A stretch of 64,000 nt of DNA from Candidatus Woesearchaeota archaeon (lineage in GTDB: Archaea > Nanobdellota > Nanobdellia > Pacearchaeales > GW2011-AR1): NCBI GenBank assembly GCA_964437555.1, contig CAYTHI010000003.1, forward strand, positions 782 to 64,781, read 5' to 3'. Numbering within the stretch: the first letter of the stretch is position 1; each line of letters opens with the position of its first letter. Below are positions 45,529 through 54,856 of the stretch, one piece after another. Both the position numbers and the translations under genes were made by a program. The notes under the pieces are model-generated. The model saw nothing but the letters and a program-made list of their open reading frames with translations. It had not been told where the DNA came from and did not search any database.

Positions 45529-46377
45529 ATGGCTTACAAAAGAATAAGTATGCATAGTTCAGCAGGGAATGTTTTTCAGAGAAGGTCTTTGACTACGATT
45601 TTGATATTTGCCAATGTGCTGCTTTTTGCCTTTTTTTATATTTTATATCTTTTTTATCTTTCAACCGCCGATTATATTGCCCTTAAGCCTTCAGATATTG
45701 TTCTTGGAAAACATTTATGGACAATACTGACGAGCATGTTCATGCATGCAGGAATCTTTCATCTTTTTGTTAATATGTTCTCTCTTTTTTTCATTGGAAA
45801 TTTTACTGAACAGATTATTGGCAGGAAGAGATTCATATGGCTTTATTTTGTTTCAGGAATTGCAGGAGCATTATTTTTTGTTGGATTTGCGTGGCTTGGA
45901 CAATACATTCCGAGAGGAAGCATTGCTTTTGGGAGCATGGACAGCCTTGCAGTTGGAGCCAGCGGAGCTTTATTCGGGCTTCTTGGGTTGCTGGCTGTTT
46001 TAGTTCCAAACAAAAGAGTTTATCTTATAATTGGGCCTCTTATAGCTATTGTAATTCAGGTAATACTTGCGCGCTTTCTAAGCGGCATGTATCTTAACAT
46101 TCTTAATATTTTCTTTTCAATACTAATATTTGTCATGCTTTTTTCAATGTTCTCTCCCAATCCAAGATTAAGGAGAATTTCACTTCCTTTAGGCCTTCCT
46201 TTCTGGCTGACTCCTATAATAGCTATAGTTCCCCTTGTCATAATCGGGTTTATTGTTGAGTTGCCAATTGGAAACACCGCTCATTTTGGGGGCCTTGTTG
46301 CAGGGCTTATTTATGGATATTATCTGAGGCTGAAGTATTCAAGAAAAATAAGGCTTTTGAACAGGATTATAAAATGA
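45529..46377 (+). CDS. rhomboid-family intramembrane serine protease
   Basis: GASGALFG (GxSG) and a downstream TM His (AHFGGLVAG). Polytopic. Confidence 0.75.
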   Translation: MAYKRISMHSSAGNVFQRRSLTTILIFANVLLFAFFYILYLFYLSTADYIALKPSDIVLGKHLWTILTSMFMHAGIFHLFVNMFSLFFIGNFTEQIIGRKRFIWLYFVSGIAGALFFVGFAWLGQYIPRGSIAFGSMDSLAVGASGALFGLLGLLAVLVPNKRVYLIIGPLIAIVIQVILARFLSGMYLNILNIFFSILIFVMLFSMFSPNPRLRRISLPLGLPFWLTPIIAIVPLVIIGFIVELPIGNTAHFGGLVAGLIYGYYLRLKYSRKIRLLNRIIK

Positions 46378-46967
46378 GAAGAAGGAGAAAAAATATCTTT
46401 GCAAAATCATATCACAATTCTTTTGCTTACCTTGCTGAATCAAGAAATTATATTTATCTTGCTATTGTCCTTTTTGTGCTTTCCTCTTTTATTGGATATT
46501 ATTTTCATGATTCATTCTCTGTTTATTTAAATCCGCTAATAAAAGATTTAATTGATCGGACTGCCGGATTGAATGCTTCAGAGCTTATAGTATTTATTTT
46601 TACAAATAATTTCTTTGCTTCTTTTATAGGACTGATTTCCGGTGTTTTATTTGGGATTTTTCCTATATTTAATATCCTTCTTAATGGTGTATTGCTGGGT
46701 TATGTTCTTGCTCTTGCGGTCTCTTTGGAAGGATGGTTTAGCATTTTCAGGCTGCTTCCGCATGGTGTTTTTGAACTCCCTGCAATCTTTATCTCAATAG
46801 GGCTTGGAATTAAAATCGGAGGATTTATTTTCGCCAGAGGAGGCAGAAAGATATTTGAATTGAAGAGAAGGCTGATTAATTCTATTTTTGTATTCATTGA
46901 ATTTGTCCTGCCCTTGCTCGTGATTGCGGCTATCATTGAAGGGCTTTTAATATCCTTTTTTGGATAG
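46374..46967 (+). CDS. SpoIIM/DUF95-family membrane protein
   Basis: LLPHGVFELPAIFIS is the DUF95 signature. ATGA overlap with the rhomboid gene. Confidence 0.6.
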   Translation: MRRRRKNIFAKSYHNSFAYLAESRNYIYLAIVLFVLSSFIGYYFHDSFSVYLNPLIKDLIDRTAGLNASELIVFIFTNNFFASFIGLISGVLFGIFPIFNILLNGVLLGYVLALAVSLEGWFSIFRLLPHGVFELPAIFISIGLGIKIGGFIFARGGRKIFELKRRLINSIFVFIEFVLPLLVIAAIIEGLLISFFG

Positions 46968-47002
46968 GTTAAGTTTTAAAAGATGCTAAACTTCTAAAAA
47001 AT

Positions 47003-47509
47003 ATGGACTTTTCAAGCAAAAGCGTTGATGAAATTGATGAAGGAAGGGATATTCAGAATCTTCGCAAATTGGAGGCCGTGCTATTTATAGCTGGCAGATT
47101 TTTAAGCATTCAGGAACTTGTTTCTTTTACTGAAATAAATCCTATTATTTTAAGAAAATTGCTTTCGGATTTAGAAGATAAATATGAAGATTCTGCTATT
47201 GAAGTTATTGAGAAAGACGGGAAATGGAAAATGGATGTTTCTTCTGAGTTTTCATGGCTTGTAAACAGGTTAGCAGGAGGAAGCGCCGAATTCAGCAAGG
47301 CAGAGCAGGAAACTCTGGCAATTATTGCTTACAAGCAGCCGATAAAGCAGAGTGTTTTGATTAAGATAAGAGGCAATAAAGCATATGATCATGTGAAAAA
47401 TTTTGTTTCAACAGGATTGGTTAATAGAAAGAGAGCCGGAAGAACAGCTGATTTAACTTTAAGCGAGGACTTCTACGATTATTTTCAAGTGAGCAAGGAA
47501 GGTAAGTGA
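47003..47509 (+). CDS. scpB: segregation and condensation protein B (ScpB)
   Basis: LEAVLFIAGRFLSIQEL...AIIAYKQPIKQSVLIKIRG shows the tandem wH pattern of ScpB. Confidence 0.75.
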   Translation: MDFSSKSVDEIDEGRDIQNLRKLEAVLFIAGRFLSIQELVSFTEINPIILRKLLSDLEDKYEDSAIEVIEKDGKWKMDVSSEFSWLVNRLAGGSAEFSKAEQETLAIIAYKQPIKQSVLIKIRGNKAYDHVKNFVSTGLVNRKRAGRTADLTLSEDFYDYFQVSKEGK

Positions 47510-47510
47510 T

Positions 47511-48767
47511 ATGGACTTCTATTTTGTTTTAATGTATACTCTTTCTTACATAGGGCTTATAGCAACTTCTTTTTATGTCATTAATCTTTTTTTGTATTAC
47601 AGGAAGGTTAGAGAGCCTGAGCCAAAGGCAGATAAAACAGTGAGCATTATAATTCCTGCTTATAATGAAAGCAAGGGAATTGCGAGGACGATTAAATCTG
47701 TTTTATCTCTTGATTATCCTGAAGGGAAATTGGAAGTAATAATAGTAGACGATGGGAGCAGGGATAATACTTATGAATTAGCAAAAAGATTTGCGTCTGA
47801 TAAAAATCCTAAAGTAAGAGTTTTCAGGAAAAAGAACGGGGGAAAAGGGTCTGCCCTGAATCTTGGAATTTCTAAAGCAGACGGAGAAATAATTATTACG
47901 ATGGATGCTGATACTTTTGTGAGAAAAGACGCTTTGAAGGTGATGATTGGGTATTTTTACGATGAAGACGTAATGGCTGTTTCACCTTCAATGGGAGTTT
48001 ACAAGCCTAAGGGCATTTGGGGCAGGATTCTGCAAATTGAATATTATATGGGTGTTTTCTTGAGGAAGAGCTTTGCTACTGTAAATGCAATTCATATCAC
48101 GCCGGGAGCTTTTTCAGCTTACAGGAAAAACTTTTTCTTGGAGCACGGAGGATTTGACGAACACAATTTAACTGAAGATTTAGAAGTTGCTTTAAGAATT
48201 CAGAGCAAATACGGAATAATAGAAAATGCAGAGAAAGCGGTCGCATATACCTACTCTCCCGAATCGTTTAAAGCGTTACTTTATCAGAGGAGGAGATGGT
48301 ATTCCGGCCTTATTCAAAATCTTTGGAATTATAAAAGGCTTTTTGGATTTAAGCACGGAGCTTTAGGATATATTGTTCTGCCTACTGCAGTTGTTACGGT
48401 TCTTCTTTCAGTAATCCTGACAATTTATACTGTCCTTAGAGTTTCTTTGCAACTCACAGACGACATGAGATTTCTAAGGTCTATTAATTTTGAATTTGGA
48501 GGATGGTTTGATTTCAACTCTTATTTATTTGAGAGATTCTTTTATACATTATTCAGCAGGCCGGTTTTCATACTCGTTATTTTGTTTTTAATAATGCTTG
48601 GGCTATACATTCATTTTTCCAGAAAGAAAATGGGATATAAAGAGGGTATTAAAATCAATTTTGTGCTATTTAGCATGTTTTATTCGCTTTTATTCGCTTT
48701 TTGGTGGATAGTGTCTGCTTTTTATGTGTCTTTTAACAGGAAAGTTGCATGGAGGGAAGGATTATGA
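47511..48767 (+). CDS. family 2 glycosyltransferase (processive, QxxRW type)
   Basis: IIIPAYNE, VIIVDDGSRDNT, TMDADT (DXD) and QRRRW motifs. N- and C-terminal TM segments. Confidence 0.8.
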   Translation: MDFYFVLMYTLSYIGLIATSFYVINLFLYYRKVREPEPKADKTVSIIIPAYNESKGIARTIKSVLSLDYPEGKLEVIIVDDGSRDNTYELAKRFASDKNPKVRVFRKKNGGKGSALNLGISKADGEIIITMDADTFVRKDALKVMIGYFYDEDVMAVSPSMGVYKPKGIWGRILQIEYYMGVFLRKSFATVNAIHITPGAFSAYRKNFFLEHGGFDEHNLTEDLEVALRIQSKYGIIENAEKAVAYTYSPESFKALLYQRRRWYSGLIQNLWNYKRLFGFKHGALGYIVLPTAVVTVLLSVILTIYTVLRVSLQLTDDMRFLRSINFEFGGWFDFNSYLFERFFYTLFSRPVFILVILFLIMLGLYIHFSRKKMGYKEGIKINFVLFSMFYSLLFAFWWIVSAFYVSFNRKVAWREGL

Positions 48768-49396
48768 AAGTTCAGGAAAAATACTTTTTTAGAATGATAA
48801 TATCTTTTTTTGTAGCAACTATTCTTTTTATTTTGATATTTATTTCAGCTTATTCTGTCTCTTACCTAAATTATCAAAACATAAGGTCAGAAAATAAGCT
48901 TATTCAGGTGTCTTTAGTAAGGCTTGATGAGATTATGGCAAGCGAGAGCTGTGATGATGCGCTTTTATTTGAATCTTCTGAAAATCTGGATGCTGTCGGT
49001 TCGCAGCTCAACATTCTGGAGAAAAGATTTGGGAATAAGGATATAAGAGTTTTAGAGCAGAAGAAAGTTTATTCAGACTTGGAGTATAAGCATCTGCAGA
49101 TTATTAGGAATTTTAATGAAAATTGCAACAAAAATTTTGAGCCAATTATATTTTTTTATTCCAATATTAGGGATAAGCAGGATAAAAGCGAGAATATGGG
49201 TTCTATTTTAAGTGTCTTCAAAAGGAGAAACAGCGGTTTTGTAATGATTTATTCTTTTGACTTTAATTTGGATTATGGATTGATTGAGAAGCTTGAGAAA
49301 GACTATAATGTGTCAGAGGTCCCGATAGTTGTTGTGAAAGAGAAAGAAAAGATTTATCTGCGCAACATAGATGAACTTGAAGAAATTTTCGGCTGA
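48749..49396 (+). CDS. membrane-anchored hypothetical protein
   Basis: 215 aa with a single N-terminal TM. Overlaps the GT2 gene end. Confidence 0.4.
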   Translation: MEGRIMKVQEKYFFRMIISFFVATILFILIFISAYSVSYLNYQNIRSENKLIQVSLVRLDEIMASESCDDALLFESSENLDAVGSQLNILEKRFGNKDIRVLEQKKVYSDLEYKHLQIIRNFNENCNKNFEPIIFFYSNIRDKQDKSENMGSILSVFKRRNSGFVMIYSFDFNLDYGLIEKLEKDYNVSEVPIVVVKEKEKIYLRNIDELEEIFG

Positions 49397-49451
49397 GAAA
49401 CATGCTGATTCGCAACCATAATTAATTTAAACACATAAAATATCTCCTTTC

Positions 49452-50072
49452 ATGCAAGAAAGAGTTGTAGAGGCGATAAGAGACGGGGAGGTTGTTCGCA
49501 TGAGCGAGGTCCAGGCAAGAATGGAGGATTTGTTTATTATCAGAAGGGCAGAAGTGATTGAGGCAAGAAATAATGCAGAAGTTGCGAGGTCTATCGGCCA
49601 AGAAAATGTTCCCTCTCATAGGGTATTGGATTTAACTAACAGAGAGCAAAGAGTAAGAGTTTCCCTGCTTGATAAATGGAAGAGAGACGGAGCAGAGTAC
49701 AAGAAAAACAATGTTCTTAAGGAATTAGTTGATAATTTTCACTGGTATGTTATCAAGGTCAGGAAATCAAGAAATCTTTCAAGAAAACAGCTTGCAGATG
49801 CAATCGGCTGTCAGGAAGAGCAGATAAAGATTATTGAAAACGGGCAATTGCCCCAGGATAACTTTTTCTTAATTAACAAGCTGGAAAATTTTCTGAAGAT
49901 AAATTTGAGAAAGAACAGGCCTGTTGAGCAAAGCGTCAGTGTTAGTGATTTGCAGAGGGCAAGAGATGTCAGGACAATCACACAGAACTCTGCAGATTCT
50001 TTCAGAACACACCAGAAAGACCAAAGCTCTATAAAGAACCTTCTTGGCGATGATATTGAGATAATTGATTAA
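49452..50072 (+). CDS. HTH_XRE-domain protein (MBF1-like without Zn ribbon)
   Basis: RKSRNLSRKQLADAIGCQEEQIKIIENGQ is a Cro/C1-type HTH. Confidence 0.55.
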   Translation: MQERVVEAIRDGEVVRMSEVQARMEDLFIIRRAEVIEARNNAEVARSIGQENVPSHRVLDLTNREQRVRVSLLDKWKRDGAEYKKNNVLKELVDNFHWYVIKVRKSRNLSRKQLADAIGCQEEQIKIIENGQLPQDNFFLINKLENFLKINLRKNRPVEQSVSVSDLQRARDVRTITQNSADSFRTHQKDQSSIKNLLGDDIEIID

Positions 50073-50360
50073 TCAATTATCCGTGGGGAAGAAATTTTGG
50101 GGATGAGGAATATGAACACTCTTTCAGACAGAAGTATAAAGATAGTACAATCTTACCAAGTAGTGCTTTCGAATGACATAAAGATGCTTATTTTACCTAC
50201 AAAGTCATAGAATCTAACAAAGGTCTTGTTTGGACTACGTGGGTTTTAGCAATTGTCACCATTATCTTAAGTATACCAGCACTTTTTTTCAACTAGCCTT
50301 TTTGCACAACGCTTACTTTATACTAATCTAAGCAGAAACCTTTAAAAATACTCTTTTTAA

Positions 50361-50624
50361 TTGATTGTCATGAATGTTGAAGTTTTAAATTCGGGCAAGG
50401 ATTTTATTGATATTAAAACGGATAATCTAACTGTCGCTGAAATACTAAGGGTTTATCTGAACAATGAAGGCGTTAAATTCGCTACATGGAGAAGAGAGCA
50501 TCCTGATAAACCATTGACTATGAGAATAGAGGTATCAAGCGGAACTGTAAAGAAGGCGATTGGGGATGCGATATCGCTAATTAATAAAGACCTTAATAGT
50601 ATTGTAAAACTTCTGAAAAAGTAA
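50361..50624 (+). CDS. rpoL: DNA-directed RNA polymerase subunit L (Rpo11)
   Basis: NLTVAEILRVYLNNEGVKFATWRREHPDKPLTMRIEV matches the RpoL/Rpb11 pattern. TATA-like CTTTAAAAATAC upstream. Confidence 0.75.
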   Translation: MIVMNVEVLNSGKDFIDIKTDNLTVAEILRVYLNNEGVKFATWRREHPDKPLTMRIEVSSGTVKKAIGDAISLINKDLNSIVKLLKK

Positions 50625-50685
50625 TTTTTCTTTGAACGTTAGCTTTATTAAAGGCTTTTACCTGACAATTATATGGAGGTGCATT

Positions 50686-50856
50686 ATGTGCAAGAGCTGG
50701 TGTGAGTTGATAATCGCTATTGTAGTTATAGTGTTTGCCTTGTGGCAGACTACCTATTCGCAGTGGATAGTGGTTATCGCGGGCATTGTGTTGGCTATAC
50801 ACTCTTTTACGTGCAAGAAGTGTTTTGCTGGCATGGGCCACACGAAGAAAAGATAA
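50686..50856 (+). CDS. small Cys-rich membrane protein, paralog 1
   Basis: MCKSWCEL...WQTTYSQWI...CKKC. GGAGGT about 8 nt upstream of the ATG. Confidence 0.4.
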   Translation: MCKSWCELIIAIVVIVFALWQTTYSQWIVVIAGIVLAIHSFTCKKCFAGMGHTKKR

Positions 50857-50934
50857 CTAAATAACTAAATTATTTGTTTTTTATTATTAGAAACGCTTAA
50901 AAATCGCCTTATCTTTTTCAGATAGGAGGTAAAA

Positions 50935-51150
50935 GTGAATTGTAACTGCGCTTGGATTGAAGGAATACTTTCTGTCCTGATAGTATTGTTCGTGTTCTGG
51001 CAGACTACCTATTCGCAGTGGATTCTTGCAATAGCCGCTGTTTTGCTTTTGCTGCATGCTCTTGTTTGCAAGAACTGCAGAATATGTAAAGAATGCGGAA
51101 TGAACATGAAAGGAAGGCGTTTAGGATTAAGGCGCTCAAGGAGAAGATAA
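50935..51150 (+). CDS. small Cys-rich membrane protein, paralog 2
   Basis: MNCNCAWIE...WQTTYSQWI...CKNCRICKEC. Shares a 26-nt identical stretch (tggcagactacctattcgcagtggat) with paralog 1. GTG start with GGAGGT upstream. Confidence 0.4.
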   Translation: MNCNCAWIEGILSVLIVLFVFWQTTYSQWILAIAAVLLLLHALVCKNCRICKECGMNMKGRRLGLRRSRRR

Positions 51151-51173
51151 TTTTTCAATAGGTTTATAAGTTT

Positions 51174-51407
51174 TTGTTGATTTATTTTTTTATGGAAAAG
51201 AGAGCTCTTGCCGTGCTTTTAGTTTTTATTGTAGGGTTTTCAGTCGTTTTAAACTCTTTTTTAAATATAGTTTTTTTTGGCTCTGAAGTATTCTTGAGTC
51301 CGCCTAAGGCAAGTTCTGTTGCGGATGGAAGCTCTTTGATTTTTATGATGAGCTTTATGTTTATCTTTATTGTTCTTATTGCATGGGCAGTCAGCCTTGA
51401 TAACTGA
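51174..51407 (+). CDS. small membrane protein
   Basis: 77 aa with two hydrophobic segments. Confidence 0.3.
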   Translation: MLIYFFMEKRALAVLLVFIVGFSVVLNSFLNIVFFGSEVFLSPPKASSVADGSSLIFMMSFMFIFIVLIAWAVSLDN

Positions 51408-51443
51408 CATTATTTTTATATAGTTCGTTAGGAAGTATTTTTC

Positions 51444-52148
51444 ATGGAGAAAATTTCTGCAGGAAGCTATGATTTAAACAAATGGCTTCACGGAGGTTAT
51501 GAAAGCGAGGTTATAACTGCTATTTATGGGGATGCCGGCACAGGCAAAACTAATTTTTGCCTTTTGGCTGCTGTTTCGCAGGCAAAAAAAGGAAACAAGG
51601 TTATTTACATTGATACTGAAGGAGGATTTTCTTCAGAAAGATTTAAGCAGCTTATTGAGAATGGAAACAATAAAGAAGTTAATTTTAATGATGTTCTTAA
51701 AAATATTTTTATCATTAAGCCTACTTCTTTTGAGGAGCAGAAAAAAGCTTTCAGTGAACTTTTAAAACATTTGAAAAACCAAGTCTCGCTAATTGTTGTT
51801 GACGGGATGACAATGCTTTATCGCCTTGATTTAGCTTCTGCGCGGGAGCAGGAAAATGGAGAGCTGCAAAAAGTTAATTCTGAATTAGCCAAGCAGATGA
51901 GATTGCTTGCAGAGATAGCAAGGAAAAACAGCATTCCTGTAATTGTGACTAATCAGGTTTATAGGAAAGATAATGAAGTTCACATGGTTGGAGGGGACAT
52001 TTTAAGGTATTGGAGTAAATGCCTCATTGAGCTTTCTAATGAGAAAGGAAGAAGAAGTGCTGACCTAGTCAAGCACAGAAGCTTAAAAGAATCAAGTTTG
52101 AGTTTCCAAATCTGGAATGGCGGGATAAGAAAGAGGGGATGGCTATAA
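51444..52148 (+). CDS. radB: RadB (archaeal RadA/Rad51 paralog, RecA-superfamily ATPase)
   Basis: Walker A GDAGTGKTNFCL, KVIYIDTEGGFSSER, ~234 aa without an N-terminal HhH domain. Confidence 0.7.
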   Translation: MEKISAGSYDLNKWLHGGYESEVITAIYGDAGTGKTNFCLLAAVSQAKKGNKVIYIDTEGGFSSERFKQLIENGNNKEVNFNDVLKNIFIIKPTSFEEQKKAFSELLKHLKNQVSLIVVDGMTMLYRLDLASAREQENGELQKVNSELAKQMRLLAEIARKNSIPVIVTNQVYRKDNEVHMVGGDILRYWSKCLIELSNEKGRRSADLVKHRSLKESSLSFQIWNGGIRKRGWL

Positions 52149-52187
52149 AATAGTAATACTTAAATACTAGTATTACTGTTATACTTT

Positions 52188-52442
52188 ATGGAAATAAGAA
52201 CGATAAAAGGAATTGACAGAGAAAGATGGCTTAAATTTAGAGAAATCGCCGCAAGAAAAGGATTGAAGCTTGGAGAACTATTTTCAGATATGATTGAAGA
52301 ATATAATAAAAAATCTGACGAGTTTTGGGACAAAATTTTGAGCGGAGAGAAAAGAATTTCAGATAAGGAGGCGGAAGAAATGCATAAAACAGTAAGAAAA
52401 TTAAGAAAAGAAAAATGGTTTAAAAATGAACTTAATTTTTGA
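52188..52442 (+). CDS. VapB-like antitoxin
   Basis: 84 aa, basic and helical. 17-nt overlap with the downstream PIN gene. Confidence 0.5.
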   Translation: MEIRTIKGIDRERWLKFREIAARKGLKLGELFSDMIEEYNKKSDEFWDKILSGEKRISDKEAEEMHKTVRKLRKEKWFKNELNF

Positions 52443-52803
52443 TACTTCTGTCTTAATAGAGCTGGACAGAGGGAATAAAGAGATTATAGAAAAAATATCC
52501 AATATAAGAAAATTTTATCCTGCACCAGCTAAGATAAGCTTTATTTCTTATTTTGAATTTCTCTATGGATTAGAAGGCAAATCTGAGAAGAATAAAAACA
52601 AATCCAAGGAATTTATTGAGGAGTTTAATATTATTAATACTTCAAAAGAAACTGCTAATTTATTAATAAAGCTCAAGCATAATTACGAATTTCCCTTGGC
52701 TGATTTACTTATAGCTTCTCATGCATGGGAAACTAATGGCATTTTAGTTACAAAAGACAAGGATTTTGAGAAAATAAAGGAAATTGATTGCATTTTAATT
52801 TAG
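52426..52803 (+). CDS. VapC PIN-domain toxin
   Basis: LIFDTSVLIE (Asp1), DLLIASHA, and TKDKDF acidic residues of the PIN fold. Confidence 0.8.
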   Translation: MNLIFDTSVLIELDRGNKEIIEKISNIRKFYPAPAKISFISYFEFLYGLEGKSEKNKNKSKEFIEEFNIINTSKETANLLIKLKHNYEFPLADLLIASHAWETNGILVTKDKDFEKIKEIDCILI

Positions 52804-52880
52804 AGTGCATAACAATTAAATATTTTTATTCTTATAAATGTGACGAGAAGTATTAAATATCTTCATTTCTTTTCGTCCTT

Positions 52881-54569
52881 ATGAAATACATTGAGCTTGT
52901 GAAGGTTTATGATGCATTGTCCAAGACAGCGAGCAGATTGGAGAAAACACAAATCATTGCTGAATTCTTGCCGAGGCTGAAAGGGCATGAGGAATGGGCT
53001 TATCTTTTGCGAGGAAGAGTTTATCCGGAATATGATGTAAGGGAATTTGGAATTTCATCCCAGCTGACAATAAAGGCAATAGCGAAAGCTTCAGGCAGTG
53101 ACAGCAAGGGGATTGTTCAAAAGTTTAATAAAATCGGGGATTTGGGGGATGTTGCTTTTGAAATTTTGCATAAAAAAAAGCAAAAGGCATTATTTTTCAA
53201 AGAGCTCGATGTTAATCATGTCTTATTGAATTTGAGAAAGCTGTGCGAAATTGAAGGCGCAGGAACTGTAGATAAGAAAATGGATATTATTGCTGAATTA
53301 TTGCAAAACGCTTCACATGATGAAACTCGATATTTGATAAGAACTTTATTATCTGACTTAAGAGTCGGAGTTGCTGATGCAACTGTATTAGATGCAATTA
53401 TCTCTGCGTTTTTTAAAGAAGACAAAGAAGAAATGACTAAAAAAGTAAAGAACGCTTATGATTTATTGACTGATTTCGCAGTTGTTTTAAAAATGGCTTT
53501 TAAGGGAGAAAGTGCATTTGAGCATGTTGAATTAATTCCAGGAAGGCCTTTAAATGTGATGCTTGCTATTAAGGCAGAGAATTTTTCAGAAGCCTTTGAG
53601 GCCTGCGGAAAACCAGCAGCTATTGAACACAAGTATGATGGCTTTAGGGTTGTTATCAGCTGCGACGGAAAAGAAATAAAATTATTTACAAGGAGATTAG
53701 AAGATGTAACAAATCAATTTCCAGATATAGTCAAGTTTGTCAAGGAGCATGTGAAGGCAGAAAGTTTTATTCTTGATTCTGAAGCAGTCGGTTTTAATTA
53801 TGAGAAGAAAAAATATTTGCCTTTTGAAGCAGTCAGCCAGAGAATAAAGAGAAAATATCATATTGACAAACTTGTCAAGGAATTGCCTGTTGAGGTTAAT
53901 GTTTTTGATGTTCTTTATTTGAATGGAAAAAATACTGTTGAATTGCCTTTTAAAGAGCGCAGAAAAATAATTGAGAAGATAATTCATGAGGAAAAATGGA
54001 AATTTAAGATTGCAACCCAAATCGTTACTGATAATATGGAAGAGGCAGAAAGGTTTTACAAGGAGGCATTAAAGTTAGGAGAGGAAGGAGTCATGATTAA
54101 GAATATAAATGCTCAATATAAGCCGGGAAGGCTTGTTGGCTATATGGTTAAGATGAAGCCAGATGTTGCTGATTTGGACTTGGTTGTTGTCGGAGCTGAA
54201 TACGGAAAAGGCAAAAGAGCAGGGGGATTAACAAGCTTTATAGTTGCCTGCAGGCAAGGAGATGATTTTCTTGAAGTTGGAAAAGTTTCCTCTGGATTAA
54301 AGGAAAAATCATCAGAGGGCACAACTTATATGGAATTGAATAACCTTCTCAAGCCTTTGATTATTAGCGAGAGAGGAAACTCTGTGAAGGTCAAGCCAAA
54401 AGTTGTTGTTGCTGTTACTTACCAAAATATTCAGGGAAGCCCCAGCTATAATTCCGGCTTTGCTTTAAGATTTCCAAGAATAACTGCTTACAGGCCTGAG
54501 AAAAGTATTAAAGACATTGCAGCCTTGGATGAAATAATTAAAGAGGTAAAAAGACAGAAAAGAAGATGA
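52881..54569 (+). CDS. lig: ATP-dependent DNA ligase
   Basis: Adenylation motif I EHKYDGFR (KxDG). 562 aa, archaeal Lig1-like length. Confidence 0.9.
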   Translation: MKYIELVKVYDALSKTASRLEKTQIIAEFLPRLKGHEEWAYLLRGRVYPEYDVREFGISSQLTIKAIAKASGSDSKGIVQKFNKIGDLGDVAFEILHKKKQKALFFKELDVNHVLLNLRKLCEIEGAGTVDKKMDIIAELLQNASHDETRYLIRTLLSDLRVGVADATVLDAIISAFFKEDKEEMTKKVKNAYDLLTDFAVVLKMAFKGESAFEHVELIPGRPLNVMLAIKAENFSEAFEACGKPAAIEHKYDGFRVVISCDGKEIKLFTRRLEDVTNQFPDIVKFVKEHVKAESFILDSEAVGFNYEKKKYLPFEAVSQRIKRKYHIDKLVKELPVEVNVFDVLYLNGKNTVELPFKERRKIIEKIIHEEKWKFKIATQIVTDNMEEAERFYKEALKLGEEGVMIKNINAQYKPGRLVGYMVKMKPDVADLDLVVVGAEYGKGKRAGGLTSFIVACRQGDDFLEVGKVSSGLKEKSSEGTTYMELNNLLKPLIISERGNSVKVKPKVVVAVTYQNIQGSPSYNSGFALRFPRITAYRPEKSIKDIAALDEIIKEVKRQKRR

Positions 54570-54832
54570 AAAAGAGAAATTTTGATGATTATTTATTGAT
54601 GATTATTTTATTATTTTTATTGGTAATTATAGTGCTTATGGTGAAGGATTTTAAATCAGGCGTTAATTTTTCTCCCGGCATAATGGAAGATTCGGGCGGC
54701 GTTTATTTTTGGATTATACTTGGGATTTTAGCATTCTTTGCTTTGCTGATTGTAGTGCTTATTTTCTTGTCTGAAGTACAAAATCATCAGACAGATTATC
54801 AAAGAGCATACGATAAGCATAGAGAAGTTTAA
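54566..54832 (+). CDS. small two-TM membrane protein
   Basis: 88 aa. ATGA overlap with lig. Confidence 0.4.
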   Translation: MKKRNFDDYLLMIILLFLLVIIVLMVKDFKSGVNFSPGIMEDSGGVYFWIILGILAFFALLIVVLIFLSEVQNHQTDYQRAYDKHREV

Positions 54833-54856
54833 ATAAGAAATGTACTTTTAATTTCT

